Made by a program: the position numbers and the translations under genes. This document shows positions 9,813 through 20,306 of a stretch of DNA of 61,511 nt, piece by piece (the stretch's first letter is position 1; the number at the start of each line of letters is the position of its first letter). The DNA is from Candidatus Saccharimonadota bacterium (GTDB lineage Bacteria > Patescibacteriota > Saccharimonadia > CAILAD01 > GCA-016700035): contig JAXLZV010000003.1 of assembly GCA_046350755.1 (NCBI GenBank), positions 1-61,511 of the forward strand, given 5' to 3'. The notes under the pieces were generated by a model. The model was not told where the DNA came from, searched no databases, and was given only the letters and a program-made list of their open reading frames with translations.

Positions 9813-11154
9813 TCGGCGATACACGACTCCCAGAACCCAGCGCAGGATGTCATCGATGCGGCGCGGCGTATATATATTGCTCTTTCTGATACTACCAATT
9901 GGCTTGATCACTTGGTTGATTTTTAGTGGTTCCAATATCATCGAGCGTCAGCCAGTCGTTGCTTCGACTACCAATACGAAACCAGCCAATAACGCCACGA
10001 CTGGTAAGGTCGTTGAGCAAGGTGCGGTGACTAGCTATACGCCCGAGCAGGTGAAGGCCATCATTAAGGAAACTAATCCTACCTATACTGGGCCGACCCC
10101 AGCTCTGAAAACTCAGACTTTTCGCTACACCATGAATGATACCAGCGGCAAAACGGTGAATGTATACGCGCGTGCCTATGTCCAGAGCGATTTGCCAACT
10201 AGTGGTCAAACGCCCATCTTCGCCTTTGCACCAGGGACAACCGGTATCGATGATCAGTGTGCGGCCTCGACTGAGGTACCCGCGAAGCGTAATTTTGCTA
10301 ATTATGCGAGCCATATGGCCGCCTATGCAGCCCAGGGCTACGCCGTTGTGATTACTGATTATGAGGGGATGCGCGATCCTGATCGGATTCATCACTACAT
10401 GGTGGGGGTACTTGAGGGTCGAGCAGTATTAGATTCGGCACGGGCGTTACGCAACTTATCCTTAACGAAAAATACTGCTGATACAAGCCAGATATTTGTG
10501 GCTGGCTACTCTCAGGGTGGACACGCTGCCTATTGGGCGGATAAAATTGCCGGCACTTACGCCCCGGAACTAGAGATAAAAGGCGTGATTGGTTTTGGGC
10601 CGGTGACTGATGTGCGGCAGACGCTCACTGATGTTACCCGCGGGGCAAATATTCTGTGGTTTGGGCCTTACTTACTCTATTCATATTCAGATTGGTATAA
10701 AGAGACCTATCCCTTAGATCTCATCCTCATGCCGCCGTACTCGAAAAATCTATCGACTGATATCGCAAAGAATTGTATCGACACGAATATTACCTACTGG
10801 GGGAATAAGGATATCAACCGAGTCTATACGAAAGACTTTATCGACGCGATGAGGACTGGCTCAGTGGCTTCGGTCGCACCGAGCTTTGATGCCCGGATGG
10901 TAGAAAATTTGACGGCGAATACTAAGACTTCCAGTCGTAAGCTGATTAATCATGGCAAACTAGATAATGTTGTTTTACCATCGCAATCTGACGCAGCAGT
11001 GAAGCGTTTGTGCAGCCTAGGTAGCCCAGTGTCATATCGACAGTATCCCGATGCCACGCACTACAATACGATGCTTAAGAGCTTCAATGACACACTCAAC
11101 TGGATGAAAGCGGTGCGAACCGGGGGCACCACTTCGAGTGAATGCAAGCGCTAG
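9805..11154 (+). CDS. Membrane-anchored secretory lipase-like alpha/beta hydrolase
   Basis: N-terminal TM; APGTTG, TDYEG, GYSQGG nucleophile elbow, HGKLDNVV, THY. Confidence 0.82.
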   Translation: MVNRRYTTPRTQRRMSSMRRGVYILLFLILPIGLITWLIFSGSNIIERQPVVASTTNTKPANNATTGKVVEQGAVTSYTPEQVKAIIKETNPTYTGPTPALKTQTFRYTMNDTSGKTVNVYARAYVQSDLPTSGQTPIFAFAPGTTGIDDQCAASTEVPAKRNFANYASHMAAYAAQGYAVVITDYEGMRDPDRIHHYMVGVLEGRAVLDSARALRNLSLTKNTADTSQIFVAGYSQGGHAAYWADKIAGTYAPELEIKGVIGFGPVTDVRQTLTDVTRGANILWFGPYLLYSYSDWYKETYPLDLILMPPYSKNLSTDIAKNCIDTNITYWGNKDINRVYTKDFIDAMRTGSVASVAPSFDARMVENLTANTKTSSRKLINHGKLDNVVLPSQSDAAVKRLCSLGSPVSYRQYPDATHYNTMLKSFNDTLNWMKAVRTGGTTSSECKR

Positions 11155-11174
11155 TGCACTAGGCTGCCGACAAA

Positions 11175-11199
11175 CAAAAATCCCCCTCTAGGGGGGATT
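11175..11199 (-). terminator. Intrinsic terminator of rplU
   Basis: AATCCCCC/GGGGGATT stem with an A-run on the + strand (U-tail on -). Confidence 0.7.
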
Positions 11200-11224
11200 A
11201 TGCAGCACGTGCCGTGGTTGAGCT

Positions 11225-11530
11225 TTACGCAGCGATAGACTTGATCGTCAAAACACTCAGGTGTTGACGGTGGCCGTGCATGGTCTTCTGACGCTTTTTC
11301 GCCTTGTATTTGAGGACCATAACCTTGTCTTGTTTGGCGTCTGGTTCGGTGACCGTAGCCACTACCTTGGCGCCAGCTACATTTGGTGTACCGATCTTGA
11401 CGTCGTCGCCGTCGATGATAAGTAGTGGCTCAAAAGTCACTTCTTTGTCATCGCCAACCAACTCAGTTTTGATGGTTTGACCTTGTTCAACCAAGTATTG
11501 CTTGGTTCCTGCTTGGATTACTGCCAGCAT
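11225..11530 (-). CDS. rplU: 50S ribosomal protein L21
   Basis: MLAVIQAGTKQYLVEQG...KYKAKKRQKTMHGHRQ. Confidence 0.96.
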   Translation of the reverse strand: MLAVIQAGTKQYLVEQGQTIKTELVGDDKEVTFEPLLIIDGDDVKIGTPNVAGAKVVATVTEPDAKQDKVMVLKYKAKKRQKTMHGHRQHLSVLTIKSIAA

Positions 11531-11651
11531 TATCTTTCTCGTTTAAGCAAACAATGTTGTATGGTATCAGGTTTGCGTGCAAAAGTAAACCCCCCAAAGC
11601 CGGCTCCACACCTGGTATAATGTGAAGAATGAAAACGGGTGAGCAATTAGG

Positions 11652-12407
11652 ATGGTAGTAATCGCAGTCGCGAACCAGAAAGGTGGGGTCGGTAAGACTA
11701 CCACTACGGTGAATTTGGGTGCGTATTTAGCCAAGCTCGGACAGCGTGTTTTGATTATCGATCTGGACCCGCAGGGGAATGCTAGCTCGGGGCTGGCAAT
11801 CGACAAAGATCATGTTGACCATAGCCTATACGATGTATTGGTTGAAGGTATGCCGCTAGCTGATGTGACGCTGGCGACACGCTATCCGCGCCTCTCGATC
11901 GTGCCAGCCTCACCGGTTTTGGCGGCGGCTGAGATTGAGCTCACAAAGCTGCCACAGCGCGAGCGCCGTTTGCGCGCATCGCTTGAAGCGGCTGACTACG
12001 ACATTGTGCTCATTGATTGTCCACCGTCGCTAGGCCTGCTGACGGTGAATGGTTTGGTGGCGGCCGATCGGCTGTTAATCCCCGTTCAGGCTGAATATTA
12101 TGCACTTGAGGGTTTGGGCCAGCTCCTGAACACAGTTGCTCGAGTCAAGCAGGCGTTGAACCCGCAGCTCAGCCTGGTTGGTGTAGTACTGACGATGCAC
12201 ACGGCACGGACGTCATTATCCTCGGCGGTAGCCGCTGAAGTGGAGCAACATTTTCCAGATATGGTATGCTCGACAGTGATACCGCGCAATATTCGTTTGG
12301 CTGAAGCGCCAAGTCATGGTCGAGCGATTATCGACTACGATCGTTTCTCGAAGGGAGCGCGGGCCTACAAAGCACTAGCAAAGGAGATTCTCGCTCGTGT
12401 CAGCTAA
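11652..12407 (+). CDS. parA: ParA/Soj chromosome partitioning ATPase
   Basis: NQKGGVGKTTT deviant Walker A, DLDPQGNA, IDCPPSLG, RLAEAPSHG. Confidence 0.96.
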   Translation: MVVIAVANQKGGVGKTTTTVNLGAYLAKLGQRVLIIDLDPQGNASSGLAIDKDHVDHSLYDVLVEGMPLADVTLATRYPRLSIVPASPVLAAAEIELTKLPQRERRLRASLEAADYDIVLIDCPPSLGLLTVNGLVAADRLLIPVQAEYYALEGLGQLLNTVARVKQALNPQLSLVGVVLTMHTARTSLSSAVAAEVEQHFPDMVCSTVIPRNIRLAEAPSHGRAIIDYDRFSKGARAYKALAKEILARVS

Positions 12408-13302
12408 AGCATCAAAACCGAGTCGGTTGGGTCGTGGCCTTGATGCCCTCATTCCCACGCAGATTGATGAAGCGACTAATCAAGAAGTCGAGGAAGCAAT
12501 TCATTTACCCACTGACTCAGTTCATCAACTTTCGGTTTATGATATTGACCCAAACCCTTTTCAGCCACGCAAAGAGTTTCGCGACGAAGATTTGGCTGAG
12601 CTATCTGAGTCAATAAAAATTCACGGCGTTGTCCAGCCTCTGGTAGTGACGAAGGCCGGCGATCGTTATCAGCTGATTGCTGGCGAACGCCGCTTACGAG
12701 CCTCGAAGCTGGCGAAAAAAGCCACCGTGCCAGCGATTATTCGGAGCTTCGATGAGCAGCAGTCGCTTGAAGTTGCGGTGGTTGAAAATATTCAGCGCGC
12801 CGAACTTGGCCCGCTCGAGCTAGCAGTGGCCTATCAGAAACTAATCGACCAGTTTAATTTAACGACTGAGGCGATAGCACAACGCGTTGGCAAAGGCAGT
12901 TCTACAATCCGGAATATTTTGCGCTTGCTGAATCTGCCCTACGACGCTAAAAAGGCCCTGCAGGACGGCAAGCTGTCTGAAGGCCAGGCGCGAGCCATTT
13001 TGTCGGTGGATGACCCAAAGCAACAGGTCGAGATGCTCAAGCTGGTTTTGAGTCAGGATATGACGGTGCGCGAGGCTGAACAGGTAGCGCGTGATTATCG
13101 TGAAGATAAGGCACTAGTTTCAAAGCGGGTAGAAAAGAAAGTCTCGGCCTACCAGTCAGTCAAGGATGGTCTCAGTAAGCATCTGAGTACTAAAGTTGAG
13201 ATCGGCAATAATGCTCAAGGTGGGCGAGTTATTATACGATTTTACTCAGAAGAAGAACTCAACCGCTTGTACGAGCAAATTACCGGCGAGAATCTACTCT
13301 AG
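12397..13302 (+). CDS. parB: ParB/Spo0J partition protein
   Basis: LGRGLDALI, QPRKEF, IAGERRLRA, ENIQR, HTH region; overlaps parA. Confidence 0.96.
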   Translation: MSAKASKPSRLGRGLDALIPTQIDEATNQEVEEAIHLPTDSVHQLSVYDIDPNPFQPRKEFRDEDLAELSESIKIHGVVQPLVVTKAGDRYQLIAGERRLRASKLAKKATVPAIIRSFDEQQSLEVAVVENIQRAELGPLELAVAYQKLIDQFNLTTEAIAQRVGKGSSTIRNILRLLNLPYDAKKALQDGKLSEGQARAILSVDDPKQQVEMLKLVLSQDMTVREAEQVARDYREDKALVSKRVEKKVSAYQSVKDGLSKHLSTKVEIGNNAQGGRVIIRFYSEEELNRLYEQITGENLL

Positions 13303-13314
13303 ACGTAAGCTTGA

Positions 13315-14214
13315 TTATTTTGGACTTGTCGAACTGCTAGGGCTCGAGGGTCCGGTGGTTGCGGTGTTGTAGTCGACATGATTAATGCTGCCGAACTCAT
13401 TGACTGGCAAGAGCCGGAGACTAGCGATTCCCACCATTTGGCGCTTCGGAATTGGCCCAAGGAAGCGTGAATCTTGGCTGGCGCCAGGATTACGGTTATC
13501 GCCGAGGACAAACACGCTATCGGCCGGCACGGTCCACTCGCCGTCGCCCTCGAGAGCGATATTGCCAACATACGGTTCATTCAAGACGAAGCCATTTGGG
13601 TTGGCATCATTGATGACTCGTACTTGTCCGTTTCTTACTACCACTTTTTCGCCCGGCAGACCGATAGCGCGTTTTATATAAAAGACATCACGTGCCATAC
13701 CGACCGGCGTGAAGATTACGACATCGCCACGCTGAATATCAAGTTTGTCGGCCTGTCCGGTCATTTTTTTCCAGCTAGCATCAAATTTTGAGACGATGAG
13801 GTAATTACCGTTTTCAAGAGTTGGCTCCATCGAAGAGCCATCAACGTACCAGGCCTGAAAGACGAAGGTGTGGACGAAATAGACGAGGATAGCCGGAACT
13901 ACTACCCAGGAAACAAGAAAACCCAGTACGCGTCGCCAGAGGGGTTTTTCGGTTGGCTCATCGCTGTCGCCGCCACTATCAGTTGAGGCTGCCTCTGCGG
14001 TCGGCGGTGTCTGGCTGGTGGGAGCTGGAGAGGACGGGGGGGTCGGCTGTGGACTCGCTGGTGGCTGAACGGAAAGTGGTTGTGGTTTGCTGAGCTGGCT
14101 GATCGGCTGCTGGGCAGCTGGTACCGACCCAGCCGGTGGCGCTGGTTGCGGCGCGACGGGCTCAGGCTGACTAGGTACTGCTGGCTGAGGGGTAGGATCA
14201 GTGTTTGGATTCAT
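13315..14214 (-). CDS. lepB: Signal peptidase I with Pro-rich N-terminal extension
   Basis: VDGSSMEPTL (Ser), YIKRAIGLPG (Lys), VLGDNR...DSRFLG; one TM. Confidence 0.94.
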   Translation of the reverse strand: MNPNTDPTPQPAVPSQPEPVAPQPAPPAGSVPAAQQPISQLSKPQPLSVQPPASPQPTPPSSPAPTSQTPPTAEAASTDSGGDSDEPTEKPLWRRVLGFLVSWVVVPAILVYFVHTFVFQAWYVDGSSMEPTLENGNYLIVSKFDASWKKMTGQADKLDIQRGDVVIFTPVGMARDVFYIKRAIGLPGEKVVVRNGQVRVINDANPNGFVLNEPYVGNIALEGDGEWTVPADSVFVLGDNRNPGASQDSRFLGPIPKRQMVGIASLRLLPVNEFGSINHVDYNTATTGPSSPSSSTSPK

Positions 14215-14288
14215 TCTTGAACTAGTATACCGACTTTTTAGGCTTTACGCACTTGGAGTCGAGTAGGGCTATCAGCTATACTGTCCTT

Positions 14289-15689
14289 ATGCTAATCCGT
14301 TCTCGTCGTCCGGCGTCTCAGTCTCCCAAAAGTCCACATCCCGCCGAACAACAGGGCTCATATAGTCAATTTCGGATTCGACGTCGGTCGCGTAATAAAA
14401 AACTCATCATAGCAGCAGTTCTCATTGTACTGGTCGGGGTACCGAGTTTTTTGGTGCTAAAAAGCTTGCGGGCGGCGGCCAATGTGCTCCAGGCGCACTC
14501 TGGTGCCACGACTGACGCCCTCAAGCAACCCGCTCAGGCACCCGATGCGAAAGTTGAAGCCGAAGGTCGCGTGAATATTGTTTTACTGGGTGTCGGTGAC
14601 GCCGCACACGCTGGTTCTACACTGTCTGACACGATGATTGTGGCCAGCGTCGATCCTGAGACCAAAGAAGTGGCGATGCTATCTTTGCCGCGAGACCTCT
14701 ATGTGCCGATACCTGGTCGTGGTTACGATAAGATCAACGCCGCGCACGCCTATGGAGAACTCAAAAAGCAGGGTGAAGGCCCAAATCTTGCGAAAGAAGT
14801 AGTTGGTAATGTTCTCGATGTGCCAATCCATTATTTTGTACGGGCTGATTTTACAGGCTTTCGTAAGGCTATCGACACGCTGGGCGGCGTTAAGGTTGAT
14901 GTGCCGGTTGGTTTATCTGACAGTGAGTACCCCTGTGATAATGATGAGCGACGGGCCTGTGGCTTCTCGATCAAGGCAGGTATGCAGCAGATGAATGGCG
15001 CTTTAGCCCTCAAGTATGCCCGTTGTCGGAAGGGTACTTGTGGTAATGATTTTGGTCGAGCCAGTCGTCAGCAGCAGGTCCTTATGGCGATGCGCGAGAA
15101 AGCTTTGACGCTGTCAACTCTATCGAACCCAGCGAAGCTGGCGAGTCTGATTGACACCGTAGGCAGCCATGTTCGGACTGATTTGGGGACCGAAGAGCTA
15201 GGTCGGCTGTCCGAGATTTTGCGAGAAGTTAAGCCAGAGGCGGTAGTCAGTCGGGTAGTTGATGGCGAGCAGGAAAAACTAGTGCGCTCAACGATGATCG
15301 ATGGGGCCAGCGTAGTCGTGCCAGAGCTTGGGCCGAAAAACTATGACGCGATTCGTGCCTTTGCTCATACTCTGTTTTTTGATCGTCATATCGTCAGTGA
15401 AAATATCCCGATAACTGTCATCGATGCTAGTGGCAAGGCCGGACAAGCACAAAAGGTCGCCGACTTACTCAAGACCTATCGATATAATGTCATCGAAGTG
15501 AAGAGCGCCACTCAGATCGCATCCAGTTCGACACTGGTGGCTACAAAGGTCGATTTGGGCTCGTACACGCGCCGCTATCTTGAGCATCGTTTCGGCTTGA
15601 CGGCTTCGGAGGTTCAGGATGGCCAAAGTCCACAGCTGACGCTTACAATAGGTAGTGACTACACTGGCCTAAACGGAAAGAATCAATAG
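14289..15689 (+). CDS. LCP (LytR-CpsA-Psr) family protein with LytR C-terminal domain
   Basis: RVNIVLLG, SDTMIVASV, SLPRDLYV, KINAAHA, DFGRASRQQQV; N-terminal TM. Confidence 0.93.
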   Translation: MLIRSRRPASQSPKSPHPAEQQGSYSQFRIRRRSRNKKLIIAAVLIVLVGVPSFLVLKSLRAAANVLQAHSGATTDALKQPAQAPDAKVEAEGRVNIVLLGVGDAAHAGSTLSDTMIVASVDPETKEVAMLSLPRDLYVPIPGRGYDKINAAHAYGELKKQGEGPNLAKEVVGNVLDVPIHYFVRADFTGFRKAIDTLGGVKVDVPVGLSDSEYPCDNDERRACGFSIKAGMQQMNGALALKYARCRKGTCGNDFGRASRQQQVLMAMREKALTLSTLSNPAKLASLIDTVGSHVRTDLGTEELGRLSEILREVKPEAVVSRVVDGEQEKLVRSTMIDGASVVVPELGPKNYDAIRAFAHTLFFDRHIVSENIPITVIDASGKAGQAQKVADLLKTYRYNVIEVKSATQIASSSTLVATKVDLGSYTRRYLEHRFGLTASEVQDGQSPQLTLTIGSDYTGLNGKNQ

Positions 15690-16472
15690 ATGGTCAAGAG
15701 GGGGAAACAGCGACTTACGCCGACACAACGGATTTTGTTGTGGCATATTGTGTTGCTTACCCCGGCGCTTGGACTATCGCTAGCCGGTAGTAGCTGGTAT
15801 TTTCTTTCGGCCCTGGCGGCGATTATGGTGACAATCTTAACCGTGCGTCGCCTCGTGGTGCAGCGGACGGTTCGTATTATCTTGACGCGTTCGCTTGAGC
15901 CGGCTATGTTGGTGGGCTTTGCGATCGCTTACCTCGGCCTGTCGAATGCGATTGTACCTTTGCCACTTTGGCAGCAAACGCTTGTACTGATCGGGGTGTT
16001 TGTTTTGCAGTTGCGTTATCTCTTAGCGCAATTTCGGGTCCAAACTGTACACATTCAAAGCATTTTCTCAATAATCCTCATTATATTGGTAAATACCGTT
16101 TGGGCGCTGATAGCAACGACCAACGGCGTGGCTGGCTTTGTTGGCTTATTGGTAGTTTGGATCGCCAACTACGTTATCGTCCATTTCTGGTTGGAGCGGA
16201 CTGGCTTTCACAATTCATTCTTAGCTGCGGTGTGGAGTATTATCGCAGTTGAGGCCCTCTGGGTTACCAGTATGGCGCTGGTGTTCTACACCCTACCAGG
16301 AACGACACTCGTGGTATCACGTTCGGCACTCTTTCTGGTTATTATTGCCTACGCCTGGGGAAGTATGTTGATACTACATAGTAAGCGCAAGCTGTCGAAG
16401 CGTCTGGTGGTGGAATATGGCACTATCTGTGCGTTTTTACTACTGATATTGTTGGTGATGACCGGGCAATGA
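15690..16472 (+). CDS. Multi-pass membrane hypothetical protein
   Basis: 260 aa with about 8 hydrophobic segments, starts immediately after the LCP stop. Confidence 0.75.
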   Translation: MVKRGKQRLTPTQRILLWHIVLLTPALGLSLAGSSWYFLSALAAIMVTILTVRRLVVQRTVRIILTRSLEPAMLVGFAIAYLGLSNAIVPLPLWQQTLVLIGVFVLQLRYLLAQFRVQTVHIQSIFSIILIILVNTVWALIATTNGVAGFVGLLVVWIANYVIVHFWLERTGFHNSFLAAVWSIIAVEALWVTSMALVFYTLPGTTLVVSRSALFLVIIAYAWGSMLILHSKRKLSKRLVVEYGTICAFLLLILLVMTGQ

Positions 16473-16512
16473 ACTTTTATTGACAAACAGAAGATTATTT
16501 AAAGGAGGTATG

Positions 16513-17766
16513 ATGAAAGAAGCAGATGAAACACCCAAGGACGTGGTAGCAAAGCCGACCAAATCAGTGGCCGGTGATACGCCACGACGGGCGAGCGCCA
16601 AGCCAGAGCCAGCTGAACCCCCGCGCCCAGTAAATTATTCTTCACGCCCACAGTCGGCTCCTGCTGGCATGAATCTGGTGGTGGTTTTTCTCGTGGCATT
16701 TGTGGCTGGTATATTAGGCGCTGGTCTCTATGCGCGTTATGCGCCGGCTAGCAATAACTCGACCGTCGAACAGTCGAAGCAGGTTACTCTCCAGGAGAAT
16801 TCGGCGACGATTGATCTGGTGAAGAAAGTGGGCCCGAGCGTAGTCAGCATCAATACGAGCTCGCAGGTGCAAGGCTTTTTTGGTAGCCAAGAGCAGAAAG
16901 GTGCTGGCACCGGCGTTATCGTCAAGGACGATGGCCTCATTTTGACAAATAAGCATGTAGTCGAGGGTGCTTCGACCGTGACGGTTATCATGAATGATGG
17001 CAAGCAGTATGACGGTAAGGTGCTGGCTACAGACCCAACTAACGACATCGCGTTTGTGAAGGTGAGCGCTAGTGGGTTGCCAGCCGCTGATCTTGGGGAT
17101 TCTGACAAGGTCGAAGTCGGCCAGCGAGCTATCGCGATTGGCAACGCGCTTGGTGAATACGACAATACCGTCACGACCGGTGTCATCTCGGGAAAGAAAC
17201 GGCCAGTCCAAGCCTCTGATGGCCAAGGCAATACGGAGACCCTGACAAATCTCTTCCAGACTGATGCAGCTATTAACCCTGGTAATTCAGGTGGGCCATT
17301 ACTGAATATCGAAGGTCAGGTAATCGGCATCAATACGGCTGTCGCTAGTGGTAATAATGCCCAAAATATTGGTTTCGCGATTCCTATCAATGAAGTAAAG
17401 GGCGCGCTGGATTCGGTAGTTGCCAAGGGTACCATCGTCAGACCTTATCTTGGGGTGCGCTATGTGATGATTACCCCAACTTTTGCCGAGAAGAATCAGC
17501 TAACTGTTAAAGAAGGGGCTCTCTTGCGAGGGGATACGGAGACGCTAGCGGTATTGCCGAATAGTCCAGCCGCCAAAGCCGGGCTGAGAGAGGGTGATAT
17601 CATTATCAAGATCAACGGCACAGCCGTGACAACTGATAGTCCATTACAGAATGTGGTGGCCCGACAAAAGGCTGGCGATACTGTGACTGTGACCTACGTC
17701 CGTGATGGCAAGGAACAAACTACTCAGGTGAAACTCGAAGAATATCAGGCAAATACTCGGAACTAG
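16513..17766 (+). CDS. htrA: HtrA/DegP-like serine protease with one PDZ domain
   Basis: ILTNKHVV (His), DIAFVK (Asp), TDAAINPGNSGGPL (Ser), PYLGV PDZ; AAAGGAGG SD. Confidence 0.94.
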   Translation: MKEADETPKDVVAKPTKSVAGDTPRRASAKPEPAEPPRPVNYSSRPQSAPAGMNLVVVFLVAFVAGILGAGLYARYAPASNNSTVEQSKQVTLQENSATIDLVKKVGPSVVSINTSSQVQGFFGSQEQKGAGTGVIVKDDGLILTNKHVVEGASTVTVIMNDGKQYDGKVLATDPTNDIAFVKVSASGLPAADLGDSDKVEVGQRAIAIGNALGEYDNTVTTGVISGKKRPVQASDGQGNTETLTNLFQTDAAINPGNSGGPLLNIEGQVIGINTAVASGNNAQNIGFAIPINEVKGALDSVVAKGTIVRPYLGVRYVMITPTFAEKNQLTVKEGALLRGDTETLAVLPNSPAAKAGLREGDIIIKINGTAVTTDSPLQNVVARQKAGDTVTVTYVRDGKEQTTQVKLEEYQANTRN

Positions 17767-17853
17767 CAAGAGTAAATATGGGGATTGGTTGCTGTTCTGC
17801 AGCGAGCAAGATGTGTGTTTCTAGCAAAAAGAGTTCATCAACGGGAGGTAATT

Positions 17854-18672
17854 TCAGCTGATTTTCTCGAAGCCGAGGATAAAATAATCTTGGTAGATTG
17901 GCTTGAGCAGGGTAGCTGCAGCGATCTTGATGAGCTCGGGCTGTTGCCATGGGTCTGACTCGATAAAAACCAGTGCGCGCGAATTGAGATGCACGGGGAT
18001 GTGCTCAAAAAACTTTCGATATAACGCCAGTCCGTCGTCGTCGCCGCCAAAGAGTGCGACATGCGGTTCATTTTCGACTTCCGGCATCAGCTCGATCGAG
18101 CGCGCGACATAGGGTAAGTTAGCTGCGATGGCATCAAATTTTCCAGAGATGTTTGAGAAAATATCTGATTTGATAAACGTAATATCATTCGTACTCGGCA
18201 ATAATCTTGCTGCGTTTTCGTGTGCTAATTCCAGAGCTTCATCACTGATTTCGCTAGCGGTAAGGCTCAGGTCTGGTCGTAAGTACTTGAGTGAGATAGC
18301 GATCGCGCCACAGCCGGTACCCATGTCGAGGACAGAGGCATTCTGCGGTAAGCGCTTGGTCAGCTCGGCTACAATGGTCTCAGTTTCAACCCTTGGAGTA
18401 AGGGCTCGCGCATCGACGGCGAACTCTAGGCCCGCGAATTCGCGATGGCCAAGCACATAACTGAGCGGCTGGCGGCTGGCGCGCTTTGCGGCCAGAGAAC
18501 GGATCGCGGCAATGTCTGAGGCCCCTAACTCATCGTCGCTATGCGCGAGCAGCCAGGCTTTATCTTGATTGAGCACGTCGGCTGCGATCAGCTCAGCATC
18601 AGTGCGCCCGCCAGTTATTCCTGCGGCCACGAGCTTGTCAGCTACCTCTCGAATGATTTCGTCGACGGTCAT
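17854..18672 (-). CDS. prmC: Release factor glutamine methyltransferase
   Basis: [31 protein letters not shown]; overlaps prfA. Confidence 0.95.
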   Translation of the reverse strand: MTVDEIIREVADKLVAAGITGGRTDAELIAADVLNQDKAWLLAHSDDELGASDIAAIRSLAAKRASRQPLSYVLGHREFAGLEFAVDARALTPRVETETIVAELTKRLPQNASVLDMGTGCGAIAISLKYLRPDLSLTASEISDEALELAHENAARLLPSTNDITFIKSDIFSNISGKFDAIAANLPYVARSIELMPEVENEPHVALFGGDDDGLALYRKFFEHIPVHLNSRALVFIESDPWQQPELIKIAAATLLKPIYQDYFILGFEKIS

Positions 18673-19736
18673 GATTGTTCGGCAAGCGCGCGATCGATAT
18701 CGGCTTGATGGAGGGCTTCGTGATGTTCATCGAGCGCTCCGTCCATAAAACGACTGATGCCATGGGTCGTAAAGCCAATCCGATGATCGGTGATGCGGTC
18801 TTGTGGAAAATTATAGGTCCGAATCTTTTCCGAGCGGTCCCCGGTGCCAATCTGTGAGAGTCGGGCATCACCGAGTTCTTTGCGCCGCTTTTCTTCCTCG
18901 AGCGCCAGCAAGCGAGAGCGTAGGACGTTGAGGGCTTTAGCGCGGTTCTTGATCTGGCTTTTCTCATCCTGACAGGTGACGACGATCCCGGTTGGCAGGT
19001 GAGTTAGGCGGACGGCCGAGTCGGTCGTATTGACGCTCTGTCCGCCATTGCCACTCGAGCGGTACACATCGACGCGGATCTCATTATCGGCAATCTCGAG
19101 CTCGGTTTCCTCGGCTTCGGGGAGGACGGCTACCGTCACGGTTGAAGTATGGGTGCGACCTTGAGACTCGGTGGCCGGGACACGCTGCACGCGGTGGACA
19201 CCTGATTCATACTTAAAGGCCGCATAGGGTGCAGCACCGCTGGCCTCGAGAATGACTTCTTTGTAACCGCCGACTTCATTGGGGGATTCGGAGAGAATCT
19301 GGAGTTTGAGGCCATGTGTTTCGGCATAGCGGGCGTACATGCGAGCGAGTTCGCCAGCGAAGAGGGAGCTCTCATCACCACCAGCACCAGCGCGGATTTC
19401 GATAATGGCGGTTTTATTATCGTGCGGATCGATGGGCACGAGAGCAGCACGGACCTTGTCCTGCAAGCTTTCCAGCTTTGACTCAAGCTGTGGAATCTCG
19501 GCGGTTGCCAACTCACTCATCTCCGGATCATGAGCCAGCGTACGGGCCTCCGCAAGATCGTCTTCAGTCTTGGTGACATCTTCAAAGAGGGCAAGCTTAG
19601 TCATGAGATCGCGCTGCTCGTGCACCAAGGCGGCTGCTTTTGGGCTAGCATAGACATCTGGACGTGCTAAATCAGCCTCGATTTGGGCGAGTCGAGTCTT
19701 CATCTTCTCAATGGTGGCGGGATCGATCATACTCAT
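18669..19736 (-). CDS. prfA: Peptide chain release factor 1
   Basis: [22 protein letters not shown] (PAT), [19 protein letters not shown]. Confidence 0.97.
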   Translation of the reverse strand: MSMIDPATIEKMKTRLAQIEADLARPDVYASPKAAALVHEQRDLMTKLALFEDVTKTEDDLAEARTLAHDPEMSELATAEIPQLESKLESLQDKVRAALVPIDPHDNKTAIIEIRAGAGGDESSLFAGELARMYARYAETHGLKLQILSESPNEVGGYKEVILEASGAAPYAAFKYESGVHRVQRVPATESQGRTHTSTVTVAVLPEAEETELEIADNEIRVDVYRSSGNGGQSVNTTDSAVRLTHLPTGIVVTCQDEKSQIKNRAKALNVLRSRLLALEEEKRRKELGDARLSQIGTGDRSEKIRTYNFPQDRITDHRIGFTTHGISRFMDGALDEHHEALHQADIDRALAEQS

Positions 19737-19805
19737 AGTCCTATTTTACAGCAGAAAGACGCCAGGTCAGCGGACCGCAGCGTCTTTCGTGAGCAATGTA
19801 TTTAG

Positions 19806-20177
19806 TTACTTGTCGGCAGATTCGTCGATTTTGGCATCTTTAGCAGGCGCGTCAACGGTATCGGCCTTGATCTCTTTTTTGATCTCCGCGAGAGCCGCTT
19901 TGGCATCTTTCGTCTCGACGGCTGGCTTGTCAGCTTTCTTGCTGGCCTTTGGCTTGGCGGTTTTCTTGATCTCGCCACTCTTCTTGCGGAGAGCCTCGAA
20001 GCGATCCACGCGACCGGCGGTGTCGACGAGCTTCTGCTTGCCGGTGTAGAACGGATGGCAATTCGAACAGATTTCCACGGTAATCTCTGGCACCGTAGAG
20101 TGGCTCGTGAAGGTCGTGTTACAACCGAGGCAGGTTACCTTGGTCTCGACCCAGTCGGGATGAATATTCGCTTTCAT
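19806..20177 (-). CDS. rpmE: 50S ribosomal protein L31 (Zn-binding type) with Lys/Ala-rich tail
   Basis: [31 protein letters not shown]. Confidence 0.96.
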   Translation of the reverse strand: MKANIHPDWVETKVTCLGCNTTFTSHSTVPEITVEICSNCHPFYTGKQKLVDTAGRVDRFEALRKKSGEIKKTAKPKASKKADKPAVETKDAKAALAEIKKEIKADTVDAPAKDAKIDESADK

Positions 20178-20250
20178 AACTCGAGTATGATACCAGGTTT
20201 GATCAGGCGGGTCAAGAACGGATTAGTCGGTAGTATTGCAGGAAAACCAC

Positions 20251-20280
20251 AAAACCCCCACTCGGATGAGCGGGGGTTTT
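20251..20280. terminator. Intrinsic terminator downstream of the Rpf-like gene
   Basis: AAAACCCCC...GGGGGTTTT inverted repeat. Confidence 0.75.
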
Positions 20281-20306
20281 GCTTGTGCCCTATGGCGAGA
20301 GCCGAT

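Noticed and set aside
11530-13400. parS site near parAB
   Set aside because: No TGTTTCACGTGAAACA-like palindrome seen by eye; a degenerate site cannot be excluded without a scan
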